Positions 19,465-30,446 are shown, counted from the first letter of the whole stretch. The stretch is 63,956 nucleotides of DNA, filler included, from Acidimicrobiia bacterium (GCA_046759765.1; 3 parts of 3 records of this genome joined end to end with filler, not necessarily neighbours in it); one strand, 5' to 3'. Translations and numbers: made by a program. Notes: generated by a model from the sequence alone, not told the origin.

Positions 19465-20677
19465 GCGGACCTCGTTGGTCCTTCTGATCGCCGTCCTGGC
19501 GGCGATCCCCGTCAGAGGTGGACCGAATCCGGAGAGTGTTCGGAGGATGAGCGACATCGTCGTGATCTCGGAAGGCGAGCGGCTGGCCGACGACTTGATT
19601 GTTGTGGCACGAGACACGCGGATCGCCGGGACCGTAACTGGCGACGTCCTCGTGTTCACCGACAAATTGACGGTGACCGGCAGTATCGAAGGAGACATCC
19701 TCGGCTTTGCCCGCCGGGCCGATATCTCGGGCGAGGTGCTCGGCTCGGTTCGTCTCACGGGGGGAACGGTCGAGATTCCGGGATCGGTGAGCGAGGACGT
19801 GACGACTGCCGTGGTGACGTTGTCTGTCGCCGGAACGGTATCCCGCGATATATACGCACTGGGAGGATCTCTTCAGATCTCGGGCCGCGTGGGCAGGGAC
19901 GTCGCCGGCCGCGTGACCCGCCGGACCGTTCTATCTGGTCAGGTAGGCAGGGACCTCGAGCCGGTAACACCGGTGTTGGTTGTCACTGATTCTGCCTCTG
20001 TGGCTGGCACGATCGTCGTATGGCCTCGAACCGATGCTTCGATTTCCGAAGCGGCTGACGTGGGTTCGGTGGCCCAGCGGTCGGCAGCCGGAAGCCAGCT
20101 CCAGGTTCGCGCAGGGCTTTTGCTCATCCGCCTCGTGGTCTCCATCCTGTTCGTCCTCGCCGGCATTGGCCTGTTCTGGCTGTTTCCGAATTCCCTGGCT
20201 CGTGCGGACCGGAGAGTGCGGGCCAAGTTGCTGCCGACGGCCCTGTGGGGTCTTCTGGCACTGGCGATCCCGCTACTGCTGGCGATCATCACAACTGTCG
20301 TCGCCGCGCTTGCTCCCGTGTTCGTCGCGGCCCCGGCCCTGGTGGTGTTAGTACCGCTCACTTTGCTCGTCGGAGCGTTGGCAGCCGTCGCGGTGCTGGT
20401 AGCGCCAATTCCAGTGTTGGCTGCTGCAGGGCAAAAGGCGTTTCGAGGCCGGGTCAGTCCTGTGGCGGGGTTTGTAGCCGCAGCTGTGGTCTGGCTGATT
20501 GTTATTGCCTTGCCGTACGTTGGTGGCGTGGTGGGAGCCGCCGTGGCTGTGATCGGTGTGGGAGCTTGGATTTCGGGAGCTTGGGGAGCTCGGGGCGATC
20601 CGGCTTGGGCCTTTGAAACCGAGGAGTCAGGGCCTTCGAGTGAGATTGAGTCCCCTCTGGATAGCGAGGCCGGCTAG
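19454..20677 (+). CDS. Membrane protein with bactofilin-like beta-helix repeats and C-terminal TM helices
   Basis: Signal-like N-terminus; repeated (I/V)xGxVxGD(V/I) units; several hydrophobic C-terminal helices. Confidence 0.65.
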   Translation: MSFERTSLVLLIAVLAAIPVRGGPNPESVRRMSDIVVISEGERLADDLIVVARDTRIAGTVTGDVLVFTDKLTVTGSIEGDILGFARRADISGEVLGSVRLTGGTVEIPGSVSEDVTTAVVTLSVAGTVSRDIYALGGSLQISGRVGRDVAGRVTRRTVLSGQVGRDLEPVTPVLVVTDSASVAGTIVVWPRTDASISEAADVGSVAQRSAAGSQLQVRAGLLLIRLVVSILFVLAGIGLFWLFPNSLARADRRVRAKLLPTALWGLLALAIPLLLAIITTVVAALAPVFVAAPALVVLVPLTLLVGALAAVAVLVAPIPVLAAAGQKAFRGRVSPVAGFVAAAVVWLIVIALPYVGGVVGAAVAVIGVGAWISGAWGARGDPAWAFETEESGPSSEIESPLDSEAG

Positions 20678-21453
20678 ATCCCGGCTCCACGCATGCTGCC
20701 GGTCAGCGGGTCATCCGATGTCGGCTGGATGAGACATAGCACTGTTCGATCGCCGAACTGCCAGCCCTCCTCTTCCGGGTAGAGGTAGGCAAAGTCCAGT
20801 ACCGACGTCTCCCAACGGTGGTCGACGAAGGCTTCAAACTCGTCCAGGCAGAATGCGTCCGACTGGTCGAGGATCACCGCGAGCCCGGGGTACGGCGCCT
20901 GAGATTTGTCGGCATACACGTATTCGGCGTATGCCTCGTATGTGTGAGGTTCGAGGCACGGCACCAGCTCGGCCTGTTCGATCGAGACGACACTGTCATC
21001 GGGAAGGCTGAAGCAGTCGCCGACGCGGATGTCAAACGCGGACACGACTCCGGCTTCGACCACCGCGCCCTCCTCGTCGCGCTCGGGCCCCGAGAAGGCG
21101 CCCGACAAGGCCGCCCAGCCCAGTGGGATGAAGACGATGACCCCGATCACGGCCAGTACTTTCACCCACCTCCTCGATTGGCGACGTGGGGCAGGCGGCG
21201 CGGTCTCGGTCGCTCCAGCCGGCTCATAGCCCTGGCTTCGAGGCCGAGTCTCGGACGTGGTTCCGTACGGAGCTGGGGTGGCATCCGGCCAATCGCCGAA
21301 CGGGTCGGCCATAGATCGATCGGCGTCGGTCTGTCCTTGACTAACGGTCTGTCTTTGACCAAGCAGCGGCGACCGGCAGGAGGGGCAGTAGGCAGGGTTG
21401 CCCTGCCCGACATCGCTGCCACAGGAAGGACACAGGACCCCGGTCTCGCGCAT
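20674..21453 (-). CDS. Zinc-ribbon, TM-anchored septum-formation-family protein
   Basis: CPSC...CPSC, Pro-rich linker, one TM, then VGDCF, VPCLEPHTYE, P..EGW..GDRTVLC. Confidence 0.7.
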   Translation of the reverse strand: MRETGVLCPSCGSDVGQGNPAYCPSCRSPLLGQRQTVSQGQTDADRSMADPFGDWPDATPAPYGTTSETRPRSQGYEPAGATETAPPAPRRQSRRWVKVLAVIGVIVFIPLGWAALSGAFSGPERDEEGAVVEAGVVSAFDIRVGDCFSLPDDSVVSIEQAELVPCLEPHTYEAYAEYVYADKSQAPYPGLAVILDQSDAFCLDEFEAFVDHRWETSVLDFAYLYPEEEGWQFGDRTVLCLIQPTSDDPLTGSMRGAGI

Positions 21454-21489
21454 GAGGGTGCTATCGGACGGGAGCGGCTTCTACATGAC

Positions 21490-21607
21490 GGTTTCCTGTG
21501 GGGCGGCTCTGCCGCCCTCCTCAACCGCCTCCGCCGCGCTTCGCTCGGCACCTCCCCAGCGGAGCTAGGGGAGGCTGGGAGGGGGCCGCCCGTAGGGCCG
21601 GAGGGGG
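21490..21607. repeat. GC-rich multi-hairpin intergenic element (REP-like)
   Basis: Inverted repeats gggcggc/gccgccc and cctcccc-agcggagct-aggggagg. Confidence 0.45.
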
Positions 21608-22430
21608 TTAGGCCACCAGCAACGGTACCTCCCGCTCCTCCGGCTCCAGCCCGCCGTGAAATCCGATCCAGCGGAAGCCGACCGAAGGGACGAGAAGCGC
21701 CTTTCCGGTGTTGGCAAGCAGGCACAGATCCGGGGTTCGATCGGGAAGGCGGGGATGGTCCTCGCCCTCGGGTCCCCACAAGGAAAGGAGCTCGTCGCCC
21801 CCGACCAACGTGGCGGGCAATGAGTCGAGGGTTTCGAGGGCCTCGCTCGGCCCTCGGGCGTACAGCGCCCTGGGCTCGCCGGCGAAGCCCACCTCGGAAG
21901 GCTCCTTGACCTCCACCACGGCGTCTCCGACGTAGTCGACATGACCGTGATCAGCCGTGCCAAGCAACGCCGAGCCGCCCGGCAGACGCGCCGCTAGCTG
22001 ATCCCAGATGCGCCCCACCACACGCATTGCATCGTCGTATTCGTTTGACGATTGGCCGGAGGTGTGGGCGGCAACGTCGACATGGGGAACATAGGTGAGG
22101 ACGAAGCGGCGAGGTTTGGAGGCCAGATCCAAGGTGGCGTCGATGAGGTCCTGTGCCGACCAGGCGGGCTCGAGACGGCATCCACGGTAGAGCATGCGCG
22201 ACAAGGGTGAATCCGCAAAGTGGCCCGGCTGCACGGTGATGGGCTCAACTCCGCCGGCCGAGAGCCTTTCCCATAGATTCGGCGCCGGCAGGACGGCCGC
22301 GTAGTCGGCCTCGATTGGGTCACCCCAGGGAGATGTCCACCGCAGCACATTCACCGGCGGTGAAATTCCCTCAAACCACATCTGGTAGCCGACGATCCCG
22401 TGCCGGCGCGGGACGAGGCCCGTGGCCACG
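21608..22430 (-). CDS. Alkaline phosphatase/nucleotide pyrophosphatase family protein (5' truncated at contig end)
   Basis: ATG..P..HGIVG, YVPHVDVAAH, TADHGH, GFHGGL. Confidence 0.8.
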
Positions 22431-22530
22431 NNNNNNNNNNNNNNNNNNNNNNNNNNNNNNNNNNNNNNNNNNNNTTAATTAATTAANNNNNNNNNNNNNN
22501 NNNNNNNNNNNNNNNNNNNNNNNNNNNNNN
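22431..22530. other. Artificial contig linker (N run containing TTAATTAATTAA)
   Basis: 100 nt with a six-frame stop linker; genes are truncated on both sides. Confidence 0.97.
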
Positions 22531-22635
22531 AAGTATTGCCGTGACTATCCACCACCCTAGTGCAGCCGCCACCAGGGCGGCTATGACCGCACCGGCCACC
22601 AGGATCGCCCTGACCGTGTTGAACGGGCCGAACAC
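22531..22635 (-). CDS. Small hydrophobic membrane protein, 3' truncated
   Basis: GTG 22635 preceded by TAGGAT; reads MFGPFNTVRAILVAGAVIAALVAAALGWWIVTAIL into the gap. Confidence 0.5.
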
Positions 22636-22652
22636 GTCTTCGATCCTAAGGA

Positions 22653-23558
22653 CTACGACGAAGGAGCGAGCTGGCTCACCACCGCACCAAACGACACCAG
22701 AGCAATACCCGCCACCTCCGCCAAACCGGGCACTTCACCGAGGAACAGCCAGGCCAGCAAGGCGATCTGCACCAGCATCGTGTTGTTGATCACCGCCGAT
22801 TCCGTTGCCGATAGGCGCCGCAAGCTGAAGTTCCACAGCGTGAAGGCCAGTGCGGTGTTGACGAGGGCCAGCCAGGAAATAATCAACCAGCCCCGTGCCG
22901 ACAGGCTCGGAATCCCTTCCACGGCTACGCCGGCGCCTAGGAGGACGAGTGCTCCGGTAGCCATGCTCACCGCCGTGACGGTTACGGGAGGAAGGGCTTG
23001 GGTTCGGTTGATTGCTCTTCCCAGTAGTGCCGAGATGGAATTTGCCACCAGCGCGGTAAGTGCGGCGATCATGCCGACGACCGTGGCTCCGAGGTCACCG
23101 ACGAAGTAGAGGAGTGCGCCGGATACGACAAGCGCTACCCCCGCGGCCTGGCGGCTGCTCGCCCTTTCGCCGAGCGTGAGCGAGGAGAGGCCGACCACCA
23201 CTATTGGGGACATGGCGAGGAGGAGGCTCGTAGTGGCGGCAGGTTGGTTGTCGATGGCGACGAACTGGGCGCCCTGGGTTAGGGCGTAGAAGACAAGGCC
23301 TAGTACCACGAGTCTGCCGACAACCTTCCGACTGACCCGTTGGATCGACTCCCTCTGCCCGACTGCCACGACAGTGGCTAGGGCTGCCGCGGCTAGGACA
23401 TAGCGGAGGCCAGCGAACGTGATGGGCTCGAGTCCTTCGTCGTCCAGACCCCACCGGATCAGCACCCACGACGAGCTCCACAGGAATGTGACGAAGAGCG
23501 CCGCCAGCACCGCAGAGCGATGTGCCCTCGATTCTGACGTCGGTTGCTTGACGGACAC
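22653..23558 (-). CDS. EamA/DMT family transporter
   Basis: About 10 TM helices in two repeats, FLWSSSW, LGE motifs; GAGGAG 5 nt before GTG. Confidence 0.9.
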   Translation of the reverse strand: MSVKQPTSESRAHRSAVLAALFVTFLWSSSWVLIRWGLDDEGLEPITFAGLRYVLAAAALATVVAVGQRESIQRVSRKVVGRLVVLGLVFYALTQGAQFVAIDNQPAATTSLLLAMSPIVVVGLSSLTLGERASSRQAAGVALVVSGALLYFVGDLGATVVGMIAALTALVANSISALLGRAINRTQALPPVTVTAVSMATGALVLLGAGVAVEGIPSLSARGWLIISWLALVNTALAFTLWNFSLRRLSATESAVINNTMLVQIALLAWLFLGEVPGLAEVAGIALVSFGAVVSQLAPSS

Positions 23559-23585
23559 GGGGGCTCCTCGGCACGGCTTACTCGT

Positions 23586-23704
23586 GCCGACGTCTCCCCT
23601 CGAGGCTTTTGTCCGTTGAGGTGCTAGCCCGTGCTTGGGCCTTCTGTGGCGCTTGGACCGGTCCCCGCAAGAGCGAGCGGAACCCTAGCCACCCTTCAGT
23701 CGAC
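23586..23704 (-). ncRNA. ykkC-family riboswitch, divergent variant, in the 5' UTR of the EamA gene
   Basis: Minus strand reads GUGGC-UAGGGUUCCG-CUCGC(UCUU)GCGGG-GACCGGUCCAAG-C-GCCAC...GCCC(AAGCAC)GGGC-UAG-CACCUCAACGG-ACAAAAG-CCUCGAGGGGAG; all ykkC hallmark blocks occur in order. Confidence 0.85.
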
Positions 23705-23711
23705 GACTGCC

Positions 23712-23717
23712 AGGCTA
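23712..23717 (-). promoter_or_regulatory. Putative -10 element (TAGCCT) of the riboswitch-EamA transcript
   Basis: TAnnnT hexamer of the type seen before many starts in this window; implies a TSS near 23704. Confidence 0.55.
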
Positions 23718-23745
23718 CCGGTCTCGACGCTTTCCGAGGAGACGA

Positions 23746-23900
23746 TTACCGCAGGTCCTCTACCGACCGGTTTCCAGGCAGGTCAAGAATCTCGGAATCG
23801 CCGGTCAACAGAACCGCGTCATGAGACGCGGCGGTGGCAAGGGCAAATGCGTCACCGAGGGCTACTGGATGCTCAGCCTTGATGGCTACCCTCGCTGGCT
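23746..23900 (-). pseudogene. C-terminal remnant of a PIN-domain (VapC-like) nuclease
   Basis: AIKAEHPVALGDAFALATAASHDAVLLTGDSEIL resembles the C-terminal half of PIN; the upstream frame is merely antisense to tag. Confidence 0.6.
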
Positions 23901-23901
23901 G

Positions 23902-24465
23902 ATGCAGCGGTGTGAGTGGGTTCCGGTCGATGATCCGCTTTTCGTGGCCTACCACGACGAGGAGTGGGGTGTCCCGGTTCACGACGATCAGACCCATTTC
24001 GAGTTCCTAATTCTCGAAGGCGCCCAGGCCGGGCTCTCATGGCGCACCATCCTGATGAAGCGGGAGAACTACCGCGACGCCTTCGAAGGCTTCGATCCCG
24101 TCAAGGTGGCCGCCTACGACGAAGGCAAGGTCGCCGAGCTGCTCGAAAACCCGGGGATCGTTCGAAACCGGCTGAAGGTCACCTCTGCGGTCGACAACGC
24201 CCGCCACTTTCTCGACGTTCAGGCCGAGTTCGGCAGCTTCGACAAATACCTATGGGGCTGGGTCGGTGGCCAACCGGTAGTAAACAGCTTCAAGAAGATG
24301 GAGGAGATCCCGGCTAAGACACCACTAGCCGAAGACCTGAGCAAGGACCTGAAGAAGCGGGGCTTTAGGTTCGTTGGACCGACCATCATCTACGCACATC
24401 TGCAGGCGGTTGGCGTCGTCAACGACCACACTGTCGACTGTTTCAGGTACGCGGAACTCACCTGA
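23902..24465 (+). CDS. tag: DNA-3-methyladenine glycosylase I
   Basis: MQRCEW, YHDEEWG, LEGAQAGLSW, GFRFVGPT, VNDH...C. Confidence 0.95.
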   Translation: MQRCEWVPVDDPLFVAYHDEEWGVPVHDDQTHFEFLILEGAQAGLSWRTILMKRENYRDAFEGFDPVKVAAYDEGKVAELLENPGIVRNRLKVTSAVDNARHFLDVQAEFGSFDKYLWGWVGGQPVVNSFKKMEEIPAKTPLAEDLSKDLKKRGFRFVGPTIIYAHLQAVGVVNDHTVDCFRYAELT

Positions 24466-24499
24466 AACCGGCCGCCCCTATAGCATCGAGGGCGATGCC

Positions 24500-26065
24500 A
24501 TGACCAGCCGCCCGACCGGCACCGTTACCTTCCTGCTGACGGACATCGAGGCCAGCACGCGGCTCTGGGAGCAGAGCCCGAGAGTCATGAATGAGGCCGT
24601 CGCCTGGCACGACGAGGTCCTTCGTCGCATTATCGAACGCAACGGCGGCTTTGTCTTCACGACGGCGGGCGACGCCTTTGCGGCAGCTTTCTCCGATCCG
24701 ATGCTGGCCGCCGCAGCCGCGGTCGAGGCCCAACACGAGATCGGTGCCCGCGAGTGGGAGGAAGTCGGAGCGCTTCGCGTACGGATGTCGCTTGACACAG
24801 GCATCGCGCAGGAGCGCGACAACGATTACTTCGGGCCTCCGGTCAACCGGGCGGCGCGGATTCTCTCCCTGGCGGACGGGGAACAGGTTCTCGCCTCTCA
24901 TACCACGGCCGACCTGCTCCGACACCACCTCGACGAAGGGATACGCCTCGAGAATCTAGGTGAGCGCAAGCTCAAGGATGTCGAACAGCCCGAGCGGGTC
25001 TTCGCGGTCGAGTACGGTCCTGCGCGGCCTGATGAGGCTCCTAAACCGGGTCGGGCGGTTATCAGGGCCGGCATCGTCATAGGCGCCGCGGCTCTGGCTG
25101 TCGTGCTGGCGGTGCTGCTTCTCGGAGGTAGCACTCCGCCTGAGGTAGGGCTGGTCTATGGCGGCAGAACAGGGTTCGGAACCTACGACGATCTCCTGGC
25201 CAGCGGACTCGAGCAGGCCGGGCGGGAGTACGACTTCGAGGCGGTTGAGATTGCCATCCTTACCGACCCGGAGGAGGACTTCCGCCGCCTCGCCGAGACC
25301 GGTGCCGACCTGATCATCAGCGGCGGCAGCCTGTGGGTCGATGGCTTCCGGCTGGTTGCGGAGGACTTTCCTGATCTGGACTTCGCCATTGTCGATACGA
25401 CGGTCGACTTGCCCAATGTGCTCTCCGTAGTGTTCGCCGAGGAGGAAGGCTCCTACCTCGTGGGTGCCGCAGCCGCGCTCAAATCGGAGACCGGAGTCAT
25501 CGGCTTCGTCGGAGGCTTTCAAACGCCCCTTATCGAAAGGTTCCAGGCGGGCTACGAGGCGGGCGCTAGGGCTGCCCAACCGGATATCGAGATAATCGCT
25601 ACCTATGTTGGAAGCTTCTTTGATCCGGAGCTCGGACAGCAGGCGGGTACAGCGCTCTATAGAAACGAAGCCGACGTCGTCTATCACGCGGCCGGTGGCG
25701 TCGGGTTCGGGCTGTTTCAAGCTGCCCACGACCTGACCCCCGAGCTGGGACGCCATCTCTGGGCGATCGGCGTCGATACGGACCAGTGGCTGCAGGCTCC
25801 CCCTTCCATCCAGCCCCACATCCTGACCTCGATGATCAAACGCGCCGACGTGGCGATTCGCACGACGATCGCCGACTACGTCGAGGGAACCTTCGAGCCG
25901 GGTGTTCGCGTTTTGGGGTTGGCCGACGAGGCGCTCGATTTCTCTGTTGCAGGCGGATTCGTGGCGGACGTCGCCAACGTGGTCGGCCGTCTGAAGCTTC
26001 AAATCATCGATGGCGTGATCGAGGTGCCGGTGGTTCCGACCGTAGAGCCCATTCCGACTACATAA
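24500..26065 (+). CDS. Class III adenylate/guanylate cyclase - TM - BMP (PnrA-like) substrate-binding domain fusion
   Basis: TVTFLLTDIEAST, TAGDAF, DYFGPPVNRAAR; one TM; FAEEEGSYLVG, GFVGG, IGVDTDQ, ILTSMIKR. Confidence 0.85.
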   Translation: MTSRPTGTVTFLLTDIEASTRLWEQSPRVMNEAVAWHDEVLRRIIERNGGFVFTTAGDAFAAAFSDPMLAAAAAVEAQHEIGAREWEEVGALRVRMSLDTGIAQERDNDYFGPPVNRAARILSLADGEQVLASHTTADLLRHHLDEGIRLENLGERKLKDVEQPERVFAVEYGPARPDEAPKPGRAVIRAGIVIGAAALAVVLAVLLLGGSTPPEVGLVYGGRTGFGTYDDLLASGLEQAGREYDFEAVEIAILTDPEEDFRRLAETGADLIISGGSLWVDGFRLVAEDFPDLDFAIVDTTVDLPNVLSVVFAEEEGSYLVGAAAALKSETGVIGFVGGFQTPLIERFQAGYEAGARAAQPDIEIIATYVGSFFDPELGQQAGTALYRNEADVVYHAAGGVGFGLFQAAHDLTPELGRHLWAIGVDTDQWLQAPPSIQPHILTSMIKRADVAIRTTIADYVEGTFEPGVRVLGLADEALDFSVAGGFVADVANVVGRLKLQIIDGVIEVPVVPTVEPIPTT

Positions 26066-26146
26066 ACGCACCGGAATTCGTAGGCCAGGCCGGCGCCTGC
26101 CTAGGCTCTGGCCCGCTTCAAACGACTCAGAGGGAGGGAAGCAGCC

Positions 26147-26650
26147 ATGGAAATCGGTCCGTTGCAGGTATTGGTGGTCGGGTTCGTGGATCCGAAGCTG
26201 GACGGGAGCGTTCTTGGTGCGCTCGAGGACGCCTCCGCGGCCGGACATATCCGGGTGGTTGACCTACTCGGTGTGTACAAGGACGAAGAGGGAAACATCC
26301 TGGCGGCTGAGATGACCGAGCTGACCGAAGACGAGGCCATGGTCTACGGCGCCTGGGTGGGCGCTCTCATCGGGTTGGGTGCCGGAGGCCGGGAAGGCGC
26401 GGAGATGGGCGCCGTGCTGGGGGCGATGTCGGCAGCGGATGAGTACGAGTACGGCATCGACGCCGATGGCCTCTCCACAATCGCCGACGACATCCCGGCC
26501 GGTGGCGCCGCCATGTTGCTAGTGATCGAGCACCGCTGGGCGATCCCTTTCCGGGACGCGGCAAGAGCATCCGGTGGAATCCTGATCGCGCAGGACTTCC
26601 TCAGTCCCGAGGCACTGATCGCGTTCGGTGCCGAGGTGGCGGAGGGCTGA
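26147..26650 (+). CDS. DUF1269/DUF6325-like protein
   Basis: GPLQVLVVGF, IRVVDLL, Gly/Ala-rich segment, LLVIEHRWA; GGAGG upstream. Confidence 0.65.
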   Translation: MEIGPLQVLVVGFVDPKLDGSVLGALEDASAAGHIRVVDLLGVYKDEEGNILAAEMTELTEDEAMVYGAWVGALIGLGAGGREGAEMGAVLGAMSAADEYEYGIDADGLSTIADDIPAGGAAMLLVIEHRWAIPFRDAARASGGILIAQDFLSPEALIAFGAEVAEG

Positions 26651-26654
26651 ACCG

Positions 26655-26763
26655 TTTTGGTGACGCTTACCCACCGCGTAGGTGAATTACCGTCACAAAA
26701 ACGAGCGGCTCCCCTTTTGGTGACGCTTACCCACCGTATAGGTGAATTGCCGTCACAAGAACG
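26655..26763. repeat. Two tandem ~49-bp imperfect palindromic repeats (60-bp period) between convergent genes
   Basis: Copies 26655-26703 and 26715-26763 differ at 4 positions; arms ttttggtgacg/cgtcacaaaa. Confidence 0.9.
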
Positions 26764-26781
26764 GGTCGGGATTGAAGAGAC

Positions 26782-29268
<2,487 letters not shown>

Positions 29269-29450
29269 CCCAAACGCCTCCTATATACGTCTGGCGCTTC
29301 CCGGTTGCCCGAGTCGCGCCTCGGGAAGTATAGCTCTGAGCCGGGGACAACCCCCCGCACACTTCTCTTAACGCTACCCGGCCAGTCAACCTTCCGGGCA
29401 TGGTCTTTCCGGCAACCGGTACCATGACCTTGGACCAACAGGAGTCTCCC

Positions 29451-30446
29451 ATGGACGCTCCAATGCTCAAGGACCTCGTGCCACTCCCAGCCGTCTGGCA
29501 TCGCCTCCAGCTGGTGGAGACGCGCCTCCTTGAAGTATCGGCGTCGTCGGAACCGTTCCTGACTCAAATTGCCCAGCATCTGATCCAGGCGGGCGGCAAG
29601 CGGTTCCGACCGCTCGTTGCCCAGCTGGCGGCTGAGTTCGGCCCGACTGACGACGGTCGGGCGGTCGATGCGGGCGCAGCCGTTGAGCTGATCCACCTTG
29701 GGAGCCTCTACCACGATGACGTGATCGACGAGGCGGAGAGCCGGCGGGGTGCGGAGTCCGTGAACGCCAACTGGAGCAATACCATCGCCATCCTGGCGGG
29801 TGACTATCTATTGGCACGAGCCTCGGAGTTGGCGGCCTCCCGACTAGGGCTCGAATCGGTCGAGCTGCTCGCCACCACCTATGCGGAGCTCGTTGAGGGG
29901 CAAACCCTCGAACTGCATCTCACGAACGACCTCTCTCATAGCCGCGACGAGTACTTCAAGATCGTTGCGGGCAAGACCGCGTCGCTCATCCGTACCTCGG
30001 CGCGTCTCGGAGCTTTGGCGACGGACGCCGAAAGGCCGGCGGGCGAGGCGCTGAGCGAATGGGCGTGGGAGCTCGGTGTGGTGTTTCAGATGACTGACGA
30101 CGCCCTGGACCTGGTTGCCACAGACGACTATCTGGGCAAGCCGGCAGGTTCCGATATCCAGGAAGGTGTATTCACACTTCCGGTCCTGTACGCGCTGGAG
30201 GGCGCTAACGGCGAGCGCGTCCGCGAGCTTCTGTCCGACGGCAAACCGTTCACTGCTGAGGCAGTCTCCGAAGTGATCGACCTGGTCCGCGACGGCGGTC
30301 ACGTGGAGCGGGTCCTCGCCGACGCGCTCGAGCGAGCCGAGCGCGCTGAGCGGCACATCGTCAATTTGCCTGACTCAGATGCCAAGGTCGTGCTCAAGTC
30401 ACTTGGCGCCTACCTGCTGGATCGGGTGGAGGCGGCCCGGGCTTAG
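29451..30446 (+). CDS. Polyprenyl diphosphate synthase
   Basis: GGKRFRP, HDDVID, FQMTDDALD; AGGAG before ATG 29451. Confidence 0.92.
   Translation: MDAPMLKDLVPLPAVWHRLQLVETRLLEVSASSEPFLTQIAQHLIQAGGKRFRPLVAQLAAEFGPTDDGRAVDAGAAVELIHLGSLYHDDVIDEAESRRGAESVNANWSNTIAILAGDYLLARASELAASRLGLESVELLATTYAELVEGQTLELHLTNDLSHSRDEYFKIVAGKTASLIRTSARLGALATDAERPAGEALSEWAWELGVVFQMTDDALDLVATDDYLGKPAGSDIQEGVFTLPVLYALEGANGERVRELLSDGKPFTAEAVSEVIDLVRDGGHVERVLADALERAERAERHIVNLPDSDAKVVLKSLGAYLLDRVEAARA

Noticed and set aside
22431..22530. TTAATTAATTAA palindrome inside N runs (also 43780-43879)
   Set aside because: Artificial six-frame-stop linker, not biological; gene adjacency across it cannot be used
23821..23901. 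Extended N-terminus of Tag in the ORF track
   Set aside because: Family similarity starts at MQRCEW (23902); the extension is antisense to the PIN remnant
26655..26763. Possible mini CRISPR array
   Set aside because: Only two copies, an 11-nt spacer, and no cas genes or leader
29269..29450. Hairpin (cccgag/ctcggg) and possible stress promoter upstream of clpC
   Set aside because: No recognisable CIRCE, HAIR or CtsR box or RNA motif; promoter spacing is unconvincing
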